A stretch of 64,000 nt of DNA from the NCBI GenBank assembly GCA_048772705.1, contig JBLWGC010000174.1:1-64000 (forward strand), written 5' to 3'. The translations under genes were made by a program, and so were the position numbers. Source of the DNA: Leidyana gryllorum EB-2025a (Eukaryota > Protista > Apicomplexa). Under the pieces are notes generated by a model that saw only the letters and a list, made by a program, of their open reading frames with translations, was not told the origin of the DNA and did no database searches. Of the stretch, positions 53,225 to 63,880 are shown one piece after another. Within the stretch, counting starts at the first letter, position 1. Every line of letters begins with the position of its first letter.

Positions 53225-53893
53225 GAGAGTGGAACGGGCTACGCCTTCCATCGGGAATCCCGTGCGAATTGGTAGTGCTCCTTCTCCGTGCAGAAAGGTC
53301 TGAGCGGCCGCTTCAATCCCAGTCATGGGGTTTTGCTGAACACATCAGTCGGCTCCTTTGGCTAGTGACTGTTCACCTCAACTCTGAAGCGGTCGCGTAT
53401 TTCAGGCGGCCAGAGCGTGAGCCTAATGAGTTCTGAGTCCGCGGTTGGAGCCCGTGCGTGACCAAGTGAGTGCATCTCTGATACAGCTTCGCCCTGTACC
53501 CGAGGAAGGCCCAAGATTCAACGATCAATACGAATGGAATTTGTTACTAAGTCCGAGCTTCGTCGCCGCCCCAAGTCCGTCGATAGAGCGCAAGACTTTT
53601 GATGGGAGACCGCAGGTTCGGGCAGCGCGAGAAGTCCGAGTCGAGCTTGCTGAACCGTATGTGACGGCACTGGGCGCAAGATGCCCAGTTGGACAGGTGG
53701 CAACTTGCCCGAGTGGTTAGGGGGTAGACTCTGCCGACTGAGCTACAAGACCCAGTTGCAATGTTCTTTTAAGCGGGGAAAAATCATACCTTCAGACCAA
53801 ACAGTCTCCTGGTCGGCCTGCCCGGCTAGGGCACTCATAGGTGTCAAATGCTGGACTACTCGGCGGTCGCGTTCGGCTGTCATTGGGTTGATT

Positions 53894-53967
53894 TGCTCCC
53901 CGGGGGGATCGAACCCTCGACCTTCGGCACATAAGGCCGATGCTCTAACCAGCTGAGCTAGGGGAGC
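53894..53967 (-). tRNA. trnI-TAT: tRNA-Ile(TAT)
   Basis: copy of 30223. Confidence 0.88.
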
Positions 53968-54278
53968 GATCACCGCCGTTCCACCGCGTAACTCACATTC
54001 GATTCTATCTCAGGGGGTTGTTACATCAAGTGTCAGAATGCCCCGGCCTCGTGCCGACCAAGCTTGTCAGCGTCTCTGCTAATTTGCCACGGCGGTTTGA
54101 GGCGTGCCTCCTGCGTCTGTCGGGAATCGAACCTGAGTCGTCTCGGTGGCAACGACACATTCTACCACAAGACCACAGATGCACAACTCGTTGTTGTTTA
54201 AGCTCGTGCACAATACCGGCCGTTTTGCTTCAGAAGAGAAGACAGAATCGAGTTGAGCGAGTATGACGGGTAGTTTGT

Positions 54279-54350
54279 GGGTACGTAGCTCAGTGGTAGA
54301 GCAGCTGACTGCAGATCAGCAAGTCCGTGGTTTAACTCCGCGCGTGCCCT
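54279..54350 (+). tRNA. trnC-GCA: tRNA-Cys(GCA)
   Basis: copy of 30608. Confidence 0.75.
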
Positions 54351-54559
54351 GAAGATGGTTTGGAACGATCGGAGATGTTGGACCACAAGGCAATGAGTCT
54401 GGAGCGGGGGATGTTTTTGGGCCTATGGCGGAACGTAGCGCGTCTGACTCCTGCTTAGAAAATTGGGTGCTGTCCGCCAGTGTCTAAATGGCTCTGATGT
54501 TTGATTCCAGCTCTCGGGGATCCAGCATCCGGGTCGGTGCCATCTGTCGTTGCAGAAGT

Positions 54560-54633
54560 GGTCGCGTAGCTCAGTCGGTTAGAGTGTGAGCCTAATAAGC
54601 TCAAGGTCCTCGGTTCGAGCCCGGGCGTGACCA
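54560..54633 (+). tRNA. trnI-AAT: tRNA-Ile(AAT)
   Basis: copy of 30889. Confidence 0.85.
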
Positions 54634-54843
54634 AGTGAGGGGATCTCTGCTAAAGAGTCGCCCCGCACGCGAGGAAACCACAACATTCTGCGACTAATAC
54701 GAAAGGAACTTGTTACCAAGTCCGAGCTTCCCTTCCGCGCCAGCTCCGTCGCTAGAGCGCAAGACTCAATGGTGGAGAGTCCTAGTCAAACTTGCTGAAC
54801 CGTATGTGGAGCCACTGGCCGCAAAATGCCGAGTTGAACAGGT

Positions 54844-54925
54844 GGCAACTTGCCCGAGTGGTTAAGGGGGTAGACTAGAAATCTACTGGGCCTGGCCCGC
54901 GCTGGTTCAAATCCAGCAGTTGTCG
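54844..54925 (+). tRNA. trnS-AGA: tRNA-Ser(AGA)
   Basis: copy of 31173. Confidence 0.92.
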
Positions 54926-55758
54926 TGCGATGTGGTGGAAATGATGCAATTCCCAGCATCAAAAACTCATATGGGTCGAGACAGGGAATGCCTCCTTAGC
55001 TTAGGGGCAGAGCATTCGCTTTGTAAGCGAAAGGTCGCTGTTCGATTCCGGCAGGAGGCTTCAGTCATTAGCCTAAACATGGTTGCGATCCTCTGCCCGC
55101 ATTTCGGACGGCGGCTTGCACACAGCACTCGGCCATCTTGCCGGAGTGTTCTTGGCTCGCCGTTCCACCCATTTCCTCTCGGTGAAATCTCAAAATGCGA
55201 GGACTTCTGGGGTTGGAGGCCGGCGAGTTTACTAGCGCCCGAGATAGTATAGTGGTCAGTATTTCCGCCTGTCACGCGGGATACCCTGGTTCGATTCCCG
55301 GTCTCGGGGCACAGATGGCTTCGCTGAAGATTCTCTCTTTTAGTTCTCGCTGAACGTCGCGAGCTACAGCCACCGAGGACCGAACTCGGGACCTTTTGGG
55401 TGTTGAGCAGACGTCGTAACCACTATACCGTTGACTGCATGAATGGGCCCCGCAGCCCAAGAGGAGTGGCGAAGTTTTACGGAGCAGTGAAGACCAGTTC
55501 CAAGGTCGCGCCGGAAATCGAACCCAGGTCGGGAGATTCAGAGTCTCCAGTGCTAACCACTCACCACGCAACCGCTTCAGCCCATCCCAGAAGAGTCGGT
55601 AGAACTATCCGGACTAGCCCTTTCTCAAATGAACACACGCAACACGAGTCTCTCTACTGACCGCTGAAATAATTAATTGGCTCCTGTATATAGCGCCCAG
55701 CGTAGAGCGTTCTATTTGAGTCGGACAATCATTGAAGCACGCTCTCCGCGAATGCTAC

Positions 55759-55840
55759 CGACAAGGGTGAGATTCGAACTCACGCGGGTGGAACCCAACG
55801 GCTTAGCAGGCCGCCGCCTTAACCGCTCGGCCACCTTGCC
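55759..55840 (-). tRNA. trnS-GCT: tRNA-Ser(GCT)
   Basis: copy of 32088. Confidence 0.9.
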
Positions 55841-55999
55841 GAGAGTGTAACTGATTACATCCTCCCTCGGGAAGGAAACGAATCGGCGACCTTTCGCTTA
55901 CTAAGCGAATGCTCCCCTAAGCTAAGAAAGCAATACAGGCCGCAGATCACGAATGAGTCACTGTTGACGGGGATTAATGGAGCACTTCGCTCAAGTAGC

Positions 56000-56072
56000 T
56001 TCCACTGCCGGGACTTGAACCCGGATCATGCGGGTGAGAGCCGCATATCCTAGCCACTTAGACTACAGTGGA
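56000..56072 (-). tRNA. trnE-CTC: tRNA-Glu(CTC)
   Basis: intact Glu. Confidence 0.9.
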
Positions 56073-56213
56073 CAAGTGCCCGAGTTGAGGCTTTGGGCGA
56101 GACCCGTACCATCTTGAGATGCAGCCACCTCGTTAGCCCACTTCGGTAGGGCAGTCAGCGCAACTAACCTCTCGAGAATCGCATTTCGGCTACCTCTGAC
56201 ATGTTGCAGACTA

Positions 56214-56285
56214 AGCAGTGTAGCTCAGTGGAAGAGTGTTGGGCTCATAACCCAAAGGTCCGTCGATCGAAACGACGCACTGCTA
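56214..56285 (+). tRNA. trnM-CAT: initiator tRNA-Met(CAT)
   Basis: intact iMet. Confidence 0.92.
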
Positions 56286-56332
56286 AGTGTGCGCAGAAGG
56301 GAACAGTTGTAGGATAGATTGGCTCGTGAGCA

Positions 56333-56404
56333 AGCCTTCTGCCGGAATCGAACCGGCGACCTTTCGCTTACTAAGCGAATGCTCTGCCCCTAAGCTAAGA
56401 AGGC
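56333..56404 (-). tRNA. trnT-AGT: tRNA-Thr(AGT)
   Basis: intact Thr(AGT). Confidence 0.92.
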
Positions 56405-56480
56405 AATGCAAGCCGGGAATCACGCATCAGTCCCTATTTACGCAAGTTATCAGAGCACTTTGATCGAGTACTCTAATGAC

Positions 56481-56553
56481 TTCCACTGCCGGGACTTGAA
56501 CCCGGATCGTGCGGGTGAAAGCCGCATATCCTAGCCACTTAGACTACAGTGGA
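56481..56553 (-). tRNA. trnE-TTC: tRNA-Glu(TTC)
   Basis: intact Glu(TTC). Confidence 0.92.
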
Positions 56554-56716
56554 CAAGTGCTGGAGTTTAGGCTTCGGCCGAGAGCCGAACCGTCTCGGAA
56601 AGATTCCACAAGACTTTTGAAGGGAGAACCGCGGGTTCGGGCGGCGCGAGCAGTCCTAGTAAAGCTTGCTGAACCGTATGTGAAGCCACTGGCCGCAAAA
56701 TGCCAAGTTCGACAAC

Positions 56717-56798
56717 GGCAACTTGCCCGAGTGGTTAAGGGGGTAGACTAGAAATCTACTGGGCCGGGCCCGCGCTGGTTCAAATCCAGCAGTTGTCG
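56717..56798 (+). tRNA. trnS-AGA: tRNA-Ser(AGA)
   Basis: Ser(AGA). Confidence 0.9.
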
Positions 56799-56864
56799 TG
56801 CGATGTGGTTGGAGGGTTAAACACCAACTCATTTCTGAATGTGGAAAAGCAACCATGTGTCCTC

Positions 56865-56935
56865 TGCATCTGCCGGGAATCGAACCCGGGTCGTCTCGAT
56901 GGCAACGAGACATTCTACCACTAGACCACAGATGC
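56865..56935 (-). tRNA. trnG-GCC: tRNA-Gly(GCC)
   Basis: intact Gly(GCC). Confidence 0.93.
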
Positions 56936-57107
56936 GTCACACCTTGTTGTTGAAGCTCGTACACGGTAACGGCCGTTTTCTGAACGAATGGAATGTCCGT
57001 GGCGTGTTCAGAGCGTCCGAGATAGCATAGTGGTTACTATTTTCGAATGTCACGCCTAAGAAGCGGGCCGATTGCCGGTAAATGAGTCTGGAACGGGGGA
57101 TGGTTTT

Positions 57108-57179
57108 GGGCCTATGGCGCAACGGTAGCGCGTCTGACTCCAGATCAGAAGGTTGGGTGTTCGAATCACTCTGGGCTCA
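57108..57179 (+). tRNA. trnW-CCA: tRNA-Trp(CCA)
   Basis: TCTGA CT CCA GA TCAGA; T5 run ~13 nt downstream. Confidence 0.9.
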
Positions 57180-57388
57180 ACCGGACTCTATGTTTTTCCC
57201 GTTTGGGGCGCAACCTGACAAAAGTGGGATTCGAACCCACGACCTTTCGGACTCCGGTGTGAGCACAGCGCCTCAGATCACTCGGTCACCTTGCCGGGAT
57301 GTTGTTGGCTCGCCGCTCCACGCGTTTTCTATCCCTGGAATCTCAAGATGAAGGACTTTTGGGGTTTCAGGCCGGTGTGTTCGGAGCG

Positions 57389-57460
57389 TCCGAGATAGTA
57401 TAGTGGTTAGTATTTCCGCCTGTCACGCGGAAGACCCGGGTTCGATTCCCGGTCTCGGAG
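57389..57460 (+). tRNA. trnD-GTC: tRNA-Asp(GTC)
   Basis: intact Asp. Confidence 0.92.
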
Positions 57461-57594
57461 CACAGTTGATCTCGCTTAAGAATCATACCACTAGACCAAA
57501 CAGCCGCCTGTCGGTCGTGCAACGCGGTGAGCACAGTCGCGAGAGTGGTCATACGATGTTGAGAATCAACAAAATGCGACGGGGTCTGCACAAA

Positions 57595-57667
57595 GGGCGA
57601 CTAGCTCAAATGGTAGAGCGCTCGCTTAGCATGCGAGAGGTACTGGGATCGATGCCCAGGTCGTCCA
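57595..57667 (+). tRNA. trnA-AGC: tRNA-Ala(AGC)
   Basis: intact Ala(AGC). Confidence 0.92.
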
Positions 57668-57948
57668 AACTTCGTAGTCTGCAAGTGCCGCTTTTTTACT
57701 ACAGAGTTGAAAGCTTTCAAGTGTGCCCTTTACCCTTGGCTAGACTCGGGCACCGCAGTATGTGTGAAGGTTGCCTCAGAGCCCGGATTTCCGAGTTTGC
57801 ATTTTACAATCACACACTCTGCCGACTAAGATACCAGAGTCAGTTACAATATTTCAAAGGTCAGTAGAGAGACGCGTGTTGCATGTGTCCAGTTGAGGGA
57901 GCGCTAGCCCGGATGGCTCTACCAACTCTTTTTTGGGAAGGACTGATC

Positions 57949-58020
57949 GGTTACTTGGTGTAGTGGTTAGGACTGGGCACTCTAAATCTCCCGACCTAGG
58001 TTCGATTCCCGGAGCAACCT
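57949..58020 (+). pseudogene. diverged tRNA-Gln body with CTA (amber) anticodon
   Basis: GGGCA CT CTA AA TCTCC; acceptor GGTTACT/AGCAACC. Confidence 0.6.
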
Positions 58021-58744
58021 CAAAACTAGTCCTCACTTTTTCGTGAAACCTCGCCACTTCTCTTGGTCTGCGGGACCTTCGCCGCAGCCATGATCTAGTG
58101 GTCACCACGTTTGCTTAACACGCAGAAGGTCCCGAGTTCGATCCTCGGTGGCTGTAGCTCGCAACTTTCAGCGACACCCAAATGAGACAATCTTAAGCGG
58201 AATCAACTGTGCTCTGAAACCAAGCATCGAATCCGGGTATTCCGCGTGACAGGCGGAAATACTGACCAGACTTTTGGGGTTGAAGTCCGGCGCGTTGACG
58301 AGCGTCCGAGATGAAATAGTTCCTTCTCGAGACTTCACGGGCACAAAACATGCCATGTGGCGAGCCAAGAACACGGCGGCAAGATGGCCGGGTGGTCTGA
58401 AGCGCTGTGTTCAGGCCGCAGTTCTAAATCGCGTGGGCTCTAATCTCAAGCTTGTCATGCATACTATGTCAAAAACCACGGAATGCTATGACGTCTGCAC
58501 AGCGGGCGACTAGCTCAACGCTGGATTGTGCATCTGTGGTCTAGTGGTAGAATGTCTCGTTGCCACCGAGACGACCCAGGTTCGATTCCCGACAGACGCA
58601 GGAGGCACGCCTCAAACCGCCGTGGCAAATTAACAGAAACGCTAACAAGCTTGGTCGCCACGAGGCCGGGGCATTCTGACACTTGATGTAACAACCCCCT
58701 GACATAGAATCGAATGTGAGTTACGCGGTGGCACGGCGGTGATC

Positions 58745-58818
58745 GCTCCCCTAGCTCAGCTGGTTAGAGCATCGGCCTCATGTGCCGAAGGTTGAGGGTT
58801 CGATCCCCCCGGGGAGCA
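58745..58818 (+). tRNA. tRNA-Ile(TAT) body with CAT anticodon
   Basis: TCGGC CT CAT GT GCCGA; otherwise as 41622. Confidence 0.75.
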
Positions 58819-59553
58819 AATCCACCCAATGACAGCCGAACGCGACCGCCGAGTACTCCAGCATTTGACACCTATGAGTGCCCTAGCCGGGCAGGGCGAC
58901 CAGGAGGCTGTTTGACCTTCAGGTATCATTCTCCCTCGCTTGGAAGAACGTTGCAAGTGGGTGTTGTAGCTCAGTCGGCAGAGTCTACCCCCTAACCACT
59001 CGGGCAAGTTGCCACCTCCAACTGGGCATCTTGCGCCCAGTGCCGTCACATACGGTTCAGCAAGCTCGACTCGGACGTCTCGCGCTGCCCGAACCTGCGG
59101 TCTCCCCTTGCGCTCTACCGACGGACTTGGGGCGGCGACGAAGCTCGGACTTAGTAACAAATTCCATTCGTATTGATCGTTGAATCTTGGGCCTTCCTCG
59201 GGTACAGGCCAAGCTGTATCAGAGATGCACTCAATTGGTCACGGCCGGACTCCAACCGGGGACTCAGAACTTATTAGGCTCACGCTATGGCCGCCTGAAA
59301 TACGCGACCGCTTCAGAGTTGAGGTCAACAGTCACTAGCCGAAGGAGCCGACTGATGTGTTCAGCAAAGCCTTATGATTGGTACTGAACCGGCCACTCCG
59401 ACCTTCGTCCACCCCGCCAAGCAGTCATTCCAAACGCAAATACTGACATCGAGAAGGGGGTGTACCTACACCACTAACAGTCCCACACGGGAATCCCGAC
59501 CGAAGGTGCGCTGGTCCGGATGGCTGTACCGACTCTTTTAGGATGGGCTGAAT

Positions 59554-59625
59554 GGTTGCGTGGTGTAGTGGTTAGCACTGGAGACTTTGAATCTCCCGAC
59601 CTGGGTTCGATTCCCGGCGCGACCT
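59554..59625 (+). tRNA. trnQ-TTG: tRNA-Gln(TTG)
   Basis: intact Gln(TTG). Confidence 0.92.
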
Positions 59626-59687
59626 TGGAACTGGTCCTCACTACTTCGTGAAACTTCGCTATCCCTTGGGCTGCGGGGACCATCCGT

Positions 59688-59760
59688 GCAGCCATGGTCT
59701 AGCGGTTACGACGTCTGCTTCACACGCAGAAGGTCCCGAGTTCGATCCTCGGTGGCTGTA
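59688..59760 (+). tRNA. trnV-CAC: tRNA-Val(CAC)
   Basis: intact Val(CAC). Confidence 0.92.
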
Positions 59761-60114
59761 GCTTGCAACTTTCAGCGGCAACCAAAGGAAACAATCTCCG
59801 AAACTGGGCATCGAACCCGGATCTTCCGCGTGACAGGCAGAAGTCCTGACCACTACTTTATCTCGGACGCTCGTCAACGCGCCGGACTTCAACCGCGAAA
59901 GTCTTCCTTCTCGAAACTTCACGGACAAAAAACGCGTGGAGCGACGAACCAACAAGACTGCGGCAAGATGGCCTAGTGGTCTAAGGCTCTGTGTTCAGGC
60001 CGCAGTCCGAAAGGGCGTGGGTTCAAATCCCACTCTTGTTGTCAGCCGTTGTATTGTATTGGTAGGTAGTCCCCTCTCTTCACTGATAGACAGGTCGTTC
60101 GAGCTACATACGGC

Positions 60115-60185
60115 TGCACCTGCCGGGACTCGAACCCGGGTTACGACCTTGGAAGGGTCGCATCTTACCCTTAGACCACAAGTGC
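60115..60185 (-). tRNA. trnG-TCC: tRNA-Gly(TCC)
   Basis: intact Gly(TCC). Confidence 0.92.
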
Positions 60186-60335
60186 AATTGCGAAAGAGTT
60201 GCAGCACCCCGAGACACTCGGGCGATTTCTGCGCGCCACCGTCCGCCATACACCCAAAATTGTCCACCGACTTCAAACTCATTGGCATGTGGTCAGGGAT
60301 GGATTTCCAACATCTTCAACCTTCAGGTCATCTTT

Positions 60336-60407
60336 AGGGCACGCGCGGAGTTGAACCACGGACTTGCTGATCTGCAGTCAGCTGCTCTACCACTGAGCTA
60401 CGTACCC
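60336..60407 (-). tRNA. trnC-GCA: tRNA-Cys(GCA)
   Basis: intact Cys. Confidence 0.9.
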
Positions 60408-60503
60408 ACAAAACACCCGTCATACTCGCTCAACTCGATTTTGTCTTCTTGTTTGAAGCAAAATGGCCGTTATTGTGCACGAGCTTGAACAACAACGAGT
60501 CAT

Positions 60504-60574
60504 GCATCTGTGGTCTAGTGGTAGAATGTCTCGTTGCCATCGAGACGACCCGGGTTCGATTCCCGGCAGATGCA
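60504..60574 (+). tRNA. trnG-GCC: tRNA-Gly(GCC)
   Basis: intact Gly(GCC). Confidence 0.93.
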
Positions 60575-61214
60575 GCAGACACATGATTGTTTTCCCACCA
60601 TTCCAGGGATTCACGCTTGAGTTGGTTGTTGACCCCTCCAACCACATCGCACGACAACTGCTGGATTTGAACGCAACTTGTCCCATCGGGTGAACCGACG
60701 ACCAAGAGGGCTGTGCTGGGAATCGAACCAGGACTCCACCCTGAGGGGGGGTCATAGCACTAGACCAAACAGCCCATCGGTCCGTGGTGCAAATGGCTGG
60801 TACAGTCGAGAGACTGGTCATAATATGTCAAGAACCACTAAATGCTATGGGGTATGCACAGCGGAATGATATAGCACAGCCACGACCGATGGAGTTGATG
60901 CCCGATCACATAACACGACAACTGCTGGATTCGAACCAGCGCGGGCCAGGCCCAATAGACTTCTAGACTAACCCCTTAACCACTCGGGCAAGCTGCCACC
61001 TGTCGAATTCGACATGTCGCGGAAGTGACCAAATACCCCCATGTTCAGCCTGGCCTGCGGCATTGATAGATGTCTAAACTGACCTCTCGCGTGCAAAGTC
61101 ACCGCTCTACCACTTGAGATTGCCGCCGACCCGCCAAACCTAGGTGAACTTCCAATCTGAGACCGACTCACAGTTCTCTGGCGCCTCATTCGTCAGTGCA
61201 ACTGTTGTGACTCG

Positions 61215-61287
61215 TCCACTGTAGTCTAAGTGGCTAGGATATGCGGCTCTCACCCGCACGATCCGGGTTCAAGTCCCGGCAGTGGAA
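61215..61287 (+). tRNA. trnE-CTC: tRNA-Glu(CTC)
   Basis: intact Glu. Confidence 0.92.
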
Positions 61288-61347
61288 CTCCAGCTGAGTG
61301 TGCTTGTAGGCAACAGTTCCATTCTTACTCCCAGGGAAATAGATGCA

Positions 61348-61420
61348 CACCGCCCGCGGGGCTCGAACCCTCAACTGCAAAATTAAGAGTCTTGCGCTCT
61401 ACCGACTGATCTAGGGCGGC
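61348..61420 (-). pseudogene. degenerate tRNA-Lys(CTT)
   Basis: CAAGA CT CTT AA TTTTG; D/T-stem mismatches. Confidence 0.6.
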
Positions 61421-61631
61421 AGGAATGCAAGGACACAAAACCCGATAGCCCGACATCTTAAGTGGCTTTGGTACCCAACAGCCTCACTTGAAGATTGTCC
61501 CGAATCCTGGCTTGGATAGTATGTCCCCGAATGGGAGATGCGGGTGAAGTCTGTCCACACCCACCATCGGGCGTAGCTGCCCATGTCCTGTCTTGATCGC
61601 TACACACTCCCATTTGACGGCTCCGTTAGTC

Positions 61632-61704
61632 GGCGCTATGGCCTAATGGATATGGCATCGGTCTACGGAACCGGGGATTCTGGGTTCGAGTCCCAGTAGC
61701 GTCT
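61632..61704 (+). tRNA. trnR-ACG: tRNA-Arg(ACG)
   Basis: intact Arg(ACG). Confidence 0.9.
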
Positions 61705-62315
61705 GGGCGGATGGCCGGGTTGCAGCCTGTTGAGTCAACAACTCAGATCCTGTCTTAGCTGTCGGGGGATGGGTCGAGTGCCGTGTTGCGTCAACAACTA
61801 TCAGACGGGCTGTTCTGGGAATCGAACCAGGACTCCTTCCACCCTAAGGAAGGATCATACCACTAGACCAAACAGCCGCCTGACGGTCGTGCAACCCGCT
61901 GGGTACACTCGAGAGAGGGGTCATACTATGTGAAGTACCACTAAATGCGATGGGGTCTGCACAGCAGGGGACTAGCTCAAATGGTGAAGCGCTCGCTTAG
62001 CGTGCAAGAGGTACTGGGATCAATGCCCAGGTCGTCCAAAGTTTGTAGTGCTGCAACTGGCGCTATTTGACTACAGAGTTGAGAGCTTTGAGGGTGCCCT
62101 GTAGCCCTTAGATGGACTTGGGCACCGCAGTATGTGTGAAGGTTGCCTCAGAGACCGGATCTGCGAGTTTGTATTTTACAACCACACGCTCTGCCGACTA
62201 AAGTACAAGAGCCAGTTTCAATATCTCAGAGGTTAGTAGAGATACGCGTGTTGCGTGTGTCCGGTTGAGGGCTAGTCCGGAGGCTCTACCAACTCTTTTT
62301 GTGAAGGAGTGAATG

Positions 62316-62387
62316 GGTTGCGTGGTGTAGTGGTTAGCACTGGAGACTCTGAATCTCCCGATCTGGGTTCGATTCCCGGCGCGACCT
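62316..62387 (+). tRNA. trnQ-CTG: tRNA-Gln(CTG)
   Basis: intact Gln(CTG). Confidence 0.9.
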
Positions 62388-62450
62388 CACAACTAATTCT
62401 CACTGCTTTGTGAAACCTCACCACTCCTCTTGATCTGGGGGACCTTCCGT

Positions 62451-62523
62451 GCAGCCATGGTCTAGTGGTCACGACGTCTGCTTAACACGCAGAAGGTCCC
62501 GAGTTCGATCCTCGGTGGCTGTA
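62451..62523 (+). tRNA. trnV-AAC: tRNA-Val(AAC)
   Basis: intact Val(AAC). Confidence 0.9.
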
Positions 62524-63058
62524 ACTCGCGTTTGTCAGGCGAGCACCACGAAATCTAAAGCGGAAGAACGAAGTGTCTCCGAGACCGGTAATCGAACCCG
62601 GTCTTCCGAGTGACAGGCGGAAATACTAAGCACTATACTATCTCGGACGCTCGTGGATACCCCGGCCTTCAACCCCAAAAATCCTCCCTTCTCGAGACTT
62701 CACGGACAAGCGTGTAAAGTGGCGAGCCAAGGACACTCCGGCAAGATGGCCGAGTGGTCCAAGGCGCTGTGTTAAGGCCGCAGTCCGAAAGGGCGGGTGA
62801 AGTCTGTCCAGACCCACCATCGGGCGTCGCTGCCCATGTCCTGTCTTGATCGCTACACACTTCCATTTGACGGCTCCGCTAGTCGGCGCTAGGGCCTAAT
62901 GGATATGGCATCGGTCTACGGAACCGGGGATTCTGGGTTCGAGTCCCAGTAGCGTCTGGGCGAATGGCCGGGTTGCAGCCTGCGGAGTCAACAACTCAGA
63001 TCCCGTCTTAGCTGTCCGGGATGGGTCGAGTGCCGTGTTGCGTCAACAACTATCAGAC

Positions 63059-63130
63059 GGGCTGTTCTTGGAATGGAACCCAGGACTTCTTCCACCCGAA
63101 GGAAGAATCATACCACTAGACCAAACAGCC
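63059..63130 (-). tRNA. trnP-CGG: tRNA-Pro(CGG), variant
   Basis: Pro body, T-arm variants. Confidence 0.65.
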
Positions 63131-63449
63131 GCCTAGCCGGTGGTTCAACCCGCGCGGGTATAGTCGAGAGACTCGTCTCACTATGTGAAGTATCACTCAA
63201 TGCCATGAGGTAGGCACAGAGGGAGGCTAGCCCAGATGATGAAACGGTGGCTTAGTATACGAAAGGTTCTGGGATCGATTCCCAACCCATCCGAACTACG
63301 TAGATGGAACCCAGGACTTCTTCCACCCGAAGGAAAAATCATACCACTAGACCAATCAGCCGCCTGTCGGTCGTGAAACCCGCTAAATACAGTCCAGAGA
63401 GTGGTCATACGATGTTGAGAACAAAAAACTGCGATGGGGTCTGCACAAT

Positions 63450-63522
63450 GGGCGACTAGCTCAAATGGTAGAGCGCTCGCTTAGCATGCGAGAGGTACTG
63501 GGATCGATGCCCAGGTCGTCCA
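63450..63522 (+). tRNA. trnA-AGC: tRNA-Ala(AGC)
   Basis: intact Ala(AGC). Confidence 0.92.
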
Positions 63523-63808
63523 AACTTCGTAGTTTTCAACTGCCGGTATTTTTACGACCTTGGAAGGGTCCAAGAGCACAAGTGCCGTCTAGAGAGTACG
63601 GTGCCGCAGAACCCGGTCCTGGTAGCTTTCGAACCTGCGACTTTGTGGTTAACAGCCACACGCTCTGCCGACTGAGCTACCAGACCCAGTGACAATCTTT
63701 CAGAGGTTAGTAGAGAGACCCTTCATCTTCTACCGAAGAATTTTGCAGCCCTCTCAGGTCGTTATCGAGACCTGAGAGACCAGCCAGAAAAGCTTGAGCT
63801 TGTGAGCA

Positions 63809-63880
63809 AGCCTTCTGCCGGAATCGAACCGGCGACCTTTCGCTTACTAAGCGAATGCTCTGCCCCTAAGCTAAGAAGGC
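63809..63880 (-). tRNA. trnT-AGT: tRNA-Thr(AGT)
   Basis: intact Thr(AGT). Confidence 0.92.

Larger units (their letters stand above)
49986..55877. repeat. Segmental duplication copy B (of ~24752-32206, lacking 478-bp and 1086-bp blocks)
   Basis: near-identical sequence and repeated ORF translations. Confidence 0.93.

Noticed and set aside
140-63692. The ORFs in the supplied track (60-202 aa)
   Set aside because: They overlap tRNA genes on either strand, translate to tRNA-derived motifs (GFEP, GSIPG, RSTN), recur with the DNA repeats, are broken by indels between copies and show no recognisable domains.
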